Position numbers and translations under genes: made by a program. Positions 8,833-19,132 of a stretch of DNA of 64,000 nt are shown here, one piece after another. The notes beneath the pieces were generated by a model. It worked only from the letters and a program-made list of their open reading frames with translations, ran no database searches and had not been told where the DNA came from. Numbering within the stretch: the stretch's first letter is position 1; each line of letters begins with the position of its first letter. Origin of the DNA: an uncultured Spirochaetota bacterium (GTDB lineage: Bacteria; Spirochaetota; Spirochaetia; SZUA-6; CAVTHK01); the NCBI GenBank assembly GCA_963734495.1, contig CAVTHK010000002.1, forward strand, positions 96,001 through 160,000, written 5' to 3'.

Positions 8833-9228
8833 GTGAAGCTGTTGGTCGCAGGGCTCCTCGCGCTCGCTCTCGCGGGCTGCGGGGGGCCGCCCGAGCGCGA
8901 GATCGTCTCCACGTTCCGCTCCTTCGTGATCGCCGTCGAGATCGGCGACGCGGAGAAGCAGGAGACGATCGCGCCTTTTCTCCTGACGCTCGATCCCCCC
9001 CTGAGGGCTCAGGCCGTGAGCGCCCTGCGCGCGCTGGCCGCGGGAAATCCCGAGATGCGGGTGACGCGCGGAGCGGGCTCGACGTGGCTCCTCCAGGTCG
9101 CGCACGACGGGTCGACCCTGTCCGTCCCTTTCCGGCGCAACGAGCGGGGCCGCTGGGAGATGAGCCCGGTCCTCGAATCGACCTACCATTTCGACATTGT
9201 TCCAGGGAAGAGACAGGGCGCGCCCTGA
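8833..9228 (+). CDS. Hypothetical lipoprotein
   Basis: AAGGAGG SD, GTG start, lipobox LALAGC. Confidence 0.7.
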   Translation: MKLLVAGLLALALAGCGGPPEREIVSTFRSFVIAVEIGDAEKQETIAPFLLTLDPPLRAQAVSALRALAAGNPEMRVTRGAGSTWLLQVAHDGSTLSVPFRRNERGRWEMSPVLESTYHFDIVPGKRQGAP

Positions 9229-9252
9229 GCGAACCGTGTGACGGCGGCCGAC

Positions 9253-12410
<3,158 letters not shown>

Positions 12411-12486
12411 GTCTGTTCCTTTTGTTGTGTCTGGTGTTAAAGCCCGCAGCGTCGGTGGGTCACGGACTCGAACCCGGTTGGCCTCC

Positions 12487-12516
12487 AAGATACACGCCGA
12501 CGCATGTGATGGTCAA
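12487..12516 (-). promoter_or_regulatory. sigma70 promoter for rhlE-typA
   Basis: TTGACC-18-TATCTT with TG extension. Confidence 0.6.
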
Positions 12517-12556
12517 CCGGCGGTCGCGTCGACGTCGCCCGTGCGCGCGCGGCTCC

Positions 12557-13471
12557 TCAACGCACCCGCGGGCGCGGGTCCAGCCGGTGGAGCCCGGCGG
12601 CCTTCGCGGCCGCCACGGCGGCGTCGTATTCCCGGGCCGTCGTCCTCGATCCGATCACGGCGTCGCCGCGCGCGCGGTACAACGGCCGGTACTGGTCCAT
12701 CAGGTTGACGTAAGTGTCGCGCGAGAGCGAGGCGAGGAAGCGCATGATGGCCCCGGTGTTCGACGCGCCGCCCGGCATCACGAGATGGCGCACCAGAAGC
12801 CCCCGCACGGCGAGGCCGCCCTCGATGACGAGGTCGCCCACCTGCCGGTGCATCTCGGCGATCGCGGCGGCGGCCGTCTCTCCGTAATCGTCGACGCCCG
12901 GGAGCCAGCGTGCGCCTTCACCCTTCCAGAACTTAAAGTCCGGCATGTAGATGTCGACCACCCCGTCGAGGAGCCGCAGCGTCTCCACGGAGTCGTAGCC
13001 GCCGCTGTTCCACACGAGCGGGAGCCGCAGGCCTTCGGCCGCCGCGATCGCCAGAGCCTCGAGGATCTGCGCGGCGACGTGCGTAGGGGTGACGAGGTTG
13101 ATGTTGGCGCAGCCCGTGGCCTGCAGAGCGAGCATGGCCCGCGCGAGCCTCCGCGGCGTCGCGTCGAAACCGGCGAGACGGTGGCTGATGTCGCAGTTCT
13201 GGCAGAAGGAGCACAGCAGGCTGCACCCGGCAAAGAAGATCGTGCCGGAGCCTCCCGAGCCGACGAGGGGCCGCTCTTCGCCGAAGTGGGGAGCGGCCGA
13301 GGCGACGCGCGCGAGCCTGCCGATTCGGCAGATGCCGCGGTCGCCGAGCAGCCGGTTCGCGCCGCAGCGCCGCGGGCAGAGACGGCAGTTCTCCAGCGAG
13401 GTGAGGGCCGAGCGGATCCTCTCCTCAAGGACCCCTTCCCGATAGAGGCGCAGGTACGAGGGCTCGGCCGT
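12557..13471 (-). CDS. Radical SAM protein, PflX-like (PFL-activating enzyme family); apparent ACG start
   Basis: Open frame extends 112 codons upstream of track start: PSYLRL, CRLCPRRC, HFGEE, GSGTIFFAGCSLLCSFCQN, NINLVTPTH, RHLVMP. Confidence 0.88.
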   Translation of the reverse strand, partial: TAEPSYLRLYREGVLEERIRSALTSLENCRLCPRRCGANRLLGDRGICRIGRLARVASAAPHFGEERPLVGSGGSGTIFFAGCSLLCSFCQNCDISHRLAGFDATPRRLARAMLALQATGCANINLVTPTHVAAQILEALAIAAAEGLRLPLVWNSGGYDSVETLRLLDGVVDIYMPDFKFWKGEGARWLPGVDDYGETAAAAIAEMHRQVGDLVIEGGLAVRGLLVRHLVMPGGASNTGAIMRFLASLSRDTYVNLMDQYRPLYRARGDAVIGSRTTAREYDAAVAAAKAAGLHRLDPRPRVR

Positions 13472-13483
13472 TCGGGACCTCCG

Positions 13484-13936
13484 CTATCGGTGGTAGCGGC
13501 CCATGAGCTGCGCTTCGGCGAGCACGCCCTTCGTGATCGCGCGCTCGACCTGCTTCTGCGTCTGGCCGGCGGGCAGGCCGAGCGTCCGATCGAGGGCGAG
13601 GAGCTTGAAGAAATAGCGGTGGGTGCCGCCCGGAGGGCAGGGGCCCCCGTAGCCCGTGCGGCGGAAGTCATTCGTGCCCTGGCGGCCACCCACCCGCGGC
13701 TGGCCGTCGGCGGGGACGTGCTCGGGCAGCTCGCGGAGCGCGGCCGGCAGGTCGTAGAGCACCCAGTGCACCCAGGGGCCCATCGGCGCGTCGGGGTCGT
13801 CGCAGATCAGGACGAAGCACTTCGTGCCGTCGGGCACGGCGCCCCACGACAGAGGCGGCGAGACGTCGGCCCCGTCGCACGTGTACTTCGAAGGTATCAT
13901 GCCGCCGTCGGCGAATGCGGAGCTCGTGAGCAGCAT
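13484..13936 (-). CDS. YbhB/YbcL (PEBP/Raf kinase inhibitor-like) protein
   Basis: SPPLSW, DDPDAP, WVHWV, GYGGPCPP, HRYFF; GGAGG SD. Confidence 0.95.
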   Translation of the reverse strand: MLLTSSAFADGGMIPSKYTCDGADVSPPLSWGAVPDGTKCFVLICDDPDAPMGPWVHWVLYDLPAALRELPEHVPADGQPRVGGRQGTNDFRRTGYGGPCPPGGTHRYFFKLLALDRTLGLPAGQTQKQVERAITKGVLAEAQLMGRYHR

Positions 13937-13954
13937 GGCGATCCTCCTCTCGAT

Positions 13955-14539
13955 TCAATCGGTGCAGGTCCGCAGCAGAACGTCCTCAAGCCGCCGTTTG
14001 GGCACGTGGTGGGTCCCGTCGCGGTCTCGGTAGTACTTGAGGGAGCCTCCCGGCCCGGCCTCCTCGAGCACGATCTTCTCCACCGGCGCGCCGATCGCCA
14101 CCACCAGCACGATCTCCAGGTTGTCGGGAAGCTGCAGGATCTCGTGCAGCGCCGGGCGCTGGATCGCCCCGAACATGCACCCGGCCAGCCCCATCGAGAC
14201 GGCGGCGAGCAGCAGCGTGTGCGCCGCGATGCCGGCGTCGTGAGGCGCCGGCTCGCAGACGTCCCGGTCGTGGAGGATCACGACGTACGCCGTCGGCCGC
14301 TCCCGTTCCGCGGGCCCGGGCCAGTCGGGAAGAGCACCCGCCCAGGAGAGGGTCGCGAAGATCTTCGCGTTCATCGCGGGTCCGCACGACGCCACGTACC
14401 TGAGAGGCTGCCGGTTGGCCGCCGACGGGACGTGGCGAACCACGTCGACGAGGTCGCGCACGACGGCCGGGGTCACGGCGACCGTCGAGTCGAACCTGCG
14501 GCAGCTGCGCGTCTTGAGCACGAGCTCCCGGAAGTCCAT
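13955..14539 (-). CDS. Nitroreductase family protein
   Basis: KTRSCRRF, PSAANRQPL, DAGIAAHTLLL, HHVPKR. Confidence 0.92.
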   Translation of the reverse strand: MDFRELVLKTRSCRRFDSTVAVTPAVVRDLVDVVRHVPSAANRQPLRYVASCGPAMNAKIFATLSWAGALPDWPGPAERERPTAYVVILHDRDVCEPAPHDAGIAAHTLLLAAVSMGLAGCMFGAIQRPALHEILQLPDNLEIVLVVAIGAPVEKIVLEEAGPGGSLKYYRDRDGTHHVPKRRLEDVLLRTCTD

Positions 14540-14568
14540 GGGTCGAGGATAGCACGGCCGCCGGCGCG

Positions 14569-14627
14569 GGTCGAACCCGCGTCGAGCGGGTCGAACGGGT
14601 CGAACCGGGTCGAACCGGTCGAACCGG
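14569..14627. repeat. Tandem array of GGTCGAAC (5 exact copies plus 1 variant)
   Basis: Copies at 14569, 14589, 14598, 14608 and 14617, variant GTCGAGC at 14581; lies between divergent promoters. Confidence 0.85.
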
Positions 14628-14632
14628 AAAAC

Positions 14633-14662
14633 TTGACAACCCGCGGAGCCAGGTGCTAGAGT
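14633..14662 (+). promoter_or_regulatory. sigma70 promoter
   Basis: TTGACA-18-TAGAGT with TG extension, 9 nt before ATG 14672. Confidence 0.7.
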
Positions 14663-14671
14663 CAGGACGCA

Positions 14672-15146
14672 ATGCCTGTCAAAGATCCCGACGTTTTCAA
14701 GCTGATCGAGCGGATCGGCGACCACTATCAGCGAAACATCAACAACCAGCATGTCCGAAAGACATTCCTGAACCTTCCGCTGTCGAACTCGGTCTGGGAC
14801 CTCATCGACAACCTCACGAACAAGAGCGACTACTTCAAGTACCAGGGCTACCAGTACCAGGAGCTCTATGACCAGATCGTCGCCGCCGCCAGCCTCGTCT
14901 ATCAGCTCCGCCAGCAGGTCGTCCCGATCCTCCGCAACCTGGTCACCCGGGCCCCTTCCGACGAGCAGGTGGTGCTCAAGATGGTAGCGGCCAACTTCCC
15001 GACGAACCTCTCGATCTTCGCGGACATGCTCAACGAGCTCTATCTCAAGGTCACCAATCTCGATCGCGCCGAGCACCGCGCGGGGAGCGTCGGTCTACGA
15101 GAAGAACCCCGAGCTCAGCCAGCTCGGGCGTTACCTGGTGGGGTGA
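14672..15146 (+). CDS. Hypothetical helical protein; probable frameshift near 15085
   Basis: Strongly coding-like codon usage; plausible C-terminus VYEKNPELSQLGRYLVG* in the shifted frame removes the overlap with the sigma gene. Confidence 0.75.
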
Positions 15147-15173
15147 AGGGCCGCCCGCTCTCCCGCCCGGGGC

Positions 15174-16157
15174 TCAGAGCAGCCCTTTGAGCTCCTCGAT
15201 CGCCTGGAAGTGACGCAGCTTGCCGAGCGCCTTTTCCTGGATCTGGCGCACCCTCTCCCGCGTGATGCCGAGAAGCTTGCCGGTCTGTTCCAGCGTGTGA
15301 GGGCCGCACCCCTCGAGACCGAACCGCAGCTTGATGATGCGCATCTCGCGCTCGGTCAGCCGCTCGAGAACCTTGCGGATGGTGTCCTGGAGGGTGAGGC
15401 TGAAGACGCTGTCAAAGGGGGCGCTGCTGGCCGAGTCCTGGATCAGGTCGGCCAGGCGCGTGAGGTTGTCCTCGTCGATCGTGGTGTCGAGGGACGCCGT
15501 CTCCTGCGAGAGCTTGATGATCTCCTTGATCTTGGAGGGCGAGACCCGCATGTGCTTGGCGAGCTCACCGCTCGTGGGGTCGCGGCCGAGCTCCTGCGTG
15601 AGCTGTTTGGCGGCGAAATAGCACTTCTTGATCGTGTTCAGCATGTGGATCGGGATGCGGATGACGCGCCCCTTGTCCGCGAGGGACTTGATGATCGCCT
15701 GACGGATCCACCAGGTCCCGTAGGTCGAGAAGCGGCACCCGCGACGGTAGTCGAACCGCTCGACGGCCTCGATGAGCCCGATGTTGCCTTCGTCGATGAG
15801 GTCGAGGAGGGAAAGCCCCCGGTGCTGGTACTTCTTCGCAATGGCGACGACCAGCCGCAGGTTCGCGTTGATCATCCGGTTCTTGAGCGCCACGAGGTCG
15901 CTCTCGACCGCGGCCCGCTCGGCGGCGGCCACGGTCTTGCGCGGGCGCGCGAGGGCCCCGCGGCGGCCGAGCCTCCGGCGGCGCGCCTTGAGAGCGGCGA
16001 CCCGACGCCCGATGCGCCGCTCGTCCTCGCCGGACAGCAGCGGGTACTGCGCTATCTGCTTGAGGTAGAGATAGAGTGGATCACTGTCGCGGATCGCCTG
16101 CGAATCCGTCCGCTCGCCGGTGAGGACTCGCAGACCTGGCTCGACCTCCCGACGCAT
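15174..16157 (-). CDS. RNA polymerase sigma-70 family group 2 (RpoS-like) sigma factor
   Basis: Region 1.2 [10 protein letters not shown], region 2 [30 protein letters not shown], region 4 TRERVRQI; no region 1.1; follows an nlpD-like gene. Confidence 0.9.
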   Translation of the reverse strand: MRREVEPGLRVLTGERTDSQAIRDSDPLYLYLKQIAQYPLLSGEDERRIGRRVAALKARRRRLGRRGALARPRKTVAAAERAAVESDLVALKNRMINANLRLVVAIAKKYQHRGLSLLDLIDEGNIGLIEAVERFDYRRGCRFSTYGTWWIRQAIIKSLADKGRVIRIPIHMLNTIKKCYFAAKQLTQELGRDPTSGELAKHMRVSPSKIKEIIKLSQETASLDTTIDEDNLTRLADLIQDSASSAPFDSVFSLTLQDTIRKVLERLTEREMRIIKLRFGLEGCGPHTLEQTGKLLGITRERVRQIQEKALGKLRHFQAIEELKGLL

Positions 16158-16174
16158 GTCACCTCGGCGCCCCC

Positions 16175-16203
16175 AATCTACCCTATACCGGATAGGGGGT
16201 CAA
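16175..16203 (-). promoter_or_regulatory. sigma70 promoter of sigma gene with palindromic spacer
   Basis: TTGACC-[CCCTAT-CCGGT-ATAGGG]-TAGATT, followed by GAGGTG SD. Confidence 0.7.
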
Positions 16204-16330
16204 CTTTGCGTTCGTACGGCCTAACACCTAACCCCTGGCCCCGGGCGCGGTCCGCCGTGCCCGGACCCGGCCGGCGCCTGGAACCGGCGCAGCCCCGCTG
16301 ATGACGGCGTTTCCGGAAGTCCGACAGGCT

Positions 16331-17116
16331 CTACGCGCGGGGCGCGCGCGCCGGGTCGAGCGGCTCGCTGCCGCGCGCCGCGAAGAAGATGACCTTGGCC
16401 ACTCCGTCGTGCGGGTGGACGCCGAGGGTCGCGAGGCGCGTTCCGGCGCTCACGTGGTCCCCCACGCGCACGAGAAGATCGCTCGCCCCCGCGTAGGCGA
16501 ACGTGACGCCGTTCTCGCACTTGACGAAAACGATCTGGCCGTAGCCGCGAAACGGGGCCGCCCAGGTGACGCGGCCGCTGGACACGGAGTAGACGGGGTC
16601 GCCGGGCGCGCCCTGGATCGCCACTCCCGGAGCGAGCTGCCCCTCGAGCGGGCGGATCTCGCCCGGGTGGGGCCAGAAGGGAAGCCCGCTCGGGACCTCC
16701 GGCGGCGGCGGCTGCGGCGCGGTCGTAGAGACCGTCTGCGTGCGGGCGTCCTGCTCCCAGGCCGCCTCCGGCACCCGCAGCAGGTCCCCGGCCTTGAGCA
16801 CGCGGTCGGCCGGGAACGAGTTGATCCTCCGGAGCTCGGTCACGGTGATCTCGAACCTGCGGGCGATGGAGTAGAGCGTGTCGCCCTTCTGCGCGCGATA
16901 CTCGCCGTAGGCTTCGGGGATCTCGATGCGGGTTCCGACCTTGAGGCTGCTGGGGTCCGTGATGTTGTTCGTTCGCAGCAGGTCGTCGAGCGGCACGCGG
17001 AACTTGCGGGAAACGCTGTAGAGGGTATCGCCCCTGCGCAGCGTGTAGCTCTCCGCCCACCCCCGCGGCGCAGCGGCAGCGAGGAGGAGCGCACACGCGA
17101 GCAGGGTCCATTTCAT
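16331..17116 (-). CDS. LysM x2 plus degenerate M23 domain protein (NlpD-like)
   Basis: Signal peptide, two LysM repeats (YTLRRGDTLYS, YRAQKGDTLYS), M23 fold (GYGQIV, PLDP) lacking Zn ligands. Confidence 0.88.
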   Translation of the reverse strand: MKWTLLACALLLAAAAPRGWAESYTLRRGDTLYSVSRKFRVPLDDLLRTNNITDPSSLKVGTRIEIPEAYGEYRAQKGDTLYSIARRFEITVTELRRINSFPADRVLKAGDLLRVPEAAWEQDARTQTVSTTAPQPPPPEVPSGLPFWPHPGEIRPLEGQLAPGVAIQGAPGDPVYSVSSGRVTWAAPFRGYGQIVFVKCENGVTFAYAGASDLLVRVGDHVSAGTRLATLGVHPHDGVAKVIFFAARGSEPLDPARAPRA

Positions 17117-17189
17117 GAACAGCCGTCCTACCTAGACTGTTCGGCGGCGGGTTCCTTAAATTCAAACGGCGGCGGGCGGGAAAAGGAAA

Positions 17190-17263
17190 TCGGGCTGGGC
17201 GGATTTGAACCGCCGACTTCTCGGTCCCGAACCGAGCGCGCTAAGCCCCTGCGCTACAGCCCG
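17190..17263 (-). tRNA. tRNA-Pro(CGG)
   Basis: CGGGCTG/CAGCCCG acceptor stem, anticodon loop TTCGGGA, T-arm GGTTCAAATCC; CCA not encoded. Confidence 0.95.
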
Positions 17264-17274
17264 ATATCGCGAAA

Positions 17275-17348
17275 CGGGAGCGACGGGACTTGAACCCGCG
17301 GCCTCCAGCTTGACAGGCTGGCGTGATAACCAGCTTCACTACGCCCCC
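17275..17348 (-). tRNA. tRNA-Asp(GTC)
   Basis: GGGGGCG/CGCTCCC acceptor stem, anticodon loop CTGTCAA, GGTTCAAGTCC. Confidence 0.95.
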
Positions 17349-17363
17349 ACGACAACGAAGGCC

Positions 17364-17392
17364 AATATAGGCGGCGCCCCGCCGGTTGTCAA
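17364..17392 (-). promoter_or_regulatory. Strong sigma70 promoter of tRNA operon
   Basis: TTGACA-17-TATATT. Confidence 0.8.
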
Positions 17393-17537
17393 GGTTCGCG
17401 GACGAACCCCGAAGGCCGCGCGCCTATCGCGCGGGTGGCCCGGCGCAGCCAGGCGCCCTTGTCCGGCGCGCCTTGGGCCGGCGTACTGGCGCGGGCGGGC
17501 GGGGCGGCGGCCGGCTCTCGACACGCCCGCTCTCGAA

Positions 17538-17567
17538 TTGACATCCCGCCGGGTTCCTTGTTACGGT
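17538..17567 (+). promoter_or_regulatory. sigma70 promoter, leaderless-type, for PPIase
   Basis: TTGACA-18-TACGGT with TG extension, 7 nt before ATG. Confidence 0.65.
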
Positions 17568-17574
17568 CTCTGCC

Positions 17575-19125
17575 ATGGCCATGTTTTCTCGAGCCGCCCG
17601 CAGACACATGCGGAAGACCAAGGACGAAGACGTCTCGCAGATCAAGAAACAGAACCGCAGCCCCCTGCTCTACGGCATGAGCATCGCGATCCTCGCGATC
17701 ATCACCGTGACCTTCATCGGCACGCCCGTCGTGACCCGGTGGCGTTCGGCTGCGCGCCTGGATTTCGGCACCTACGCGGGCAAGCACATCTCTTACGTCC
17801 AGGGCAACTACTTCGCTTCCCAGTACACAACGGCGGCCGAGAGCCTTCGCAGGTCCGCCCAGGATGCCAACCTCGAGAGCCAGCTCTACCAGGCCTGGCG
17901 CTACGCCTTTAACCAGACCGTGCTCCACATGGCGATTCTCCAGGAGATGGATCGGGCCGGCGCGTGGGTCTCGGACGAGCGGGTGAGCGACTCGCTGGTG
18001 GAATACGGCCCCTACGTCGTGGCGGGCACCTTTGACAGCGACCGTTACGCAAAGACACCCCAGGCCGAAAGGACCGCCAACCGGAAGCTCCGGCGGGAAG
18101 AGCTGCTGCACGACCAGTATTTGAGCGACATGTTCGCGACCTCGAAGGTCAGCGACCCCGAAAAGAAGTTCATCACGCAGATGGCCGCGACCGAGCGGCG
18201 CTACTCGTTCGTCGTCTACAAGTTCTCCAACCTCCCCGACAGCCGCGTCATCTCGTACGGGCTCGAGAACGAGAAGCGCTTCCGCAAGATGAAGCTGAGC
18301 AGGATCACGATCCGCGGCAGCAAGCGCGAGGCCGAGCAGGTCCGCGCCCGCGTCGGGGGCGCCAGCTTCGACGAGCTGGCCCGCTCCTACTCCAAAGACC
18401 CCTACGCGGAGAAGGGCGGCGACCTGGGCTGGCAGTACTACCACCAGGTCGAGGCCCTCTTCGGAAAGCAGGAGCCGGTCGACGCGATCTTCGCGCTCAA
18501 GGAGGGCGAAGTGAGCCCCGTGCTGGAGTCCGGCGGCTCGTTCGTCTTTTTCCGCGCCGATTCGGCGCCGGTCGCCCCCGACTTCAAGCAGGCGGACACG
18601 CTCAAGGCGGTCCACGACTACATCCTCAGCAGCGAGGTGGGAGTGGCCGAGACCTATTTCCTGGACGAGGGCAAGAAGCTGGCAGCCGCCGCGAAGGAAA
18701 AAGGGTTCAACCGGGCCCTCGCCGACGCCGGGCTGTTCCCGCCCCAGGAGACGGAGTTCTTCCCGGTCAACTACGGGAACGCTCTTCCGACGCGGCGCGT
18801 TGCGGTCAAGGGGAACGACCAGTCGGCGCTGGCCGGCGCGGCGTTCGACGAGGACTTCCTGCGGTCGCTTGCCGCGCTCCCCCAGGGGGGCGTGAGCGAC
18901 CCGCTCCTGGTGGGCGACCGCGTGATCGTCGCTTCGCTGCTCGAGGAGCGGCCGATGCCGCCCAAGGACCTCGACCTGGTCGCTTCGTCGATGGATTCCT
19001 TTGCGCTGCAGGCGCTGCAGCAGGAGCTCCCGCAGGACCTGATCGACAACAAGAAGCTGGACGACCGCTTCCAGGAGACCTTCTTCTCCAGGATCCTCGG
19101 GGGCAGGGGCGCCGCGGCCCAGTAG
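17575..19125 (+). CDS. Membrane-anchored SurA-N/parvulin peptidylprolyl isomerase (PpiD-like)
   Basis: N-terminal TM; FDELARSYSKD..EKGGDLGW, GEVSPVLE parvulin motifs. Confidence 0.85.
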   Translation: MAMFSRAARRHMRKTKDEDVSQIKKQNRSPLLYGMSIAILAIITVTFIGTPVVTRWRSAARLDFGTYAGKHISYVQGNYFASQYTTAAESLRRSAQDANLESQLYQAWRYAFNQTVLHMAILQEMDRAGAWVSDERVSDSLVEYGPYVVAGTFDSDRYAKTPQAERTANRKLRREELLHDQYLSDMFATSKVSDPEKKFITQMAATERRYSFVVYKFSNLPDSRVISYGLENEKRFRKMKLSRITIRGSKREAEQVRARVGGASFDELARSYSKDPYAEKGGDLGWQYYHQVEALFGKQEPVDAIFALKEGEVSPVLESGGSFVFFRADSAPVAPDFKQADTLKAVHDYILSSEVGVAETYFLDEGKKLAAAAKEKGFNRALADAGLFPPQETEFFPVNYGNALPTRRVAVKGNDQSALAGAAFDEDFLRSLAALPQGGVSDPLLVGDRVIVASLLEERPMPPKDLDLVASSMDSFALQALQQELPQDLIDNKKLDDRFQETFFSRILGGRGAAAQ

Positions 19126-19132
19126 CCCGCCC

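Noticed and set aside
14569..14627. CRISPR array or LexA box
   Set aside because: Repeats are 8 bp with no spacers and there are no cas genes; period differs from GTTC-N7-GTTC and the pattern is not GAAC-N4-GTTC
17190..17348. tRNA genes as integration site of an island
   Set aside because: No integrase, no duplicated tRNA 3' end and no compositional shift nearby
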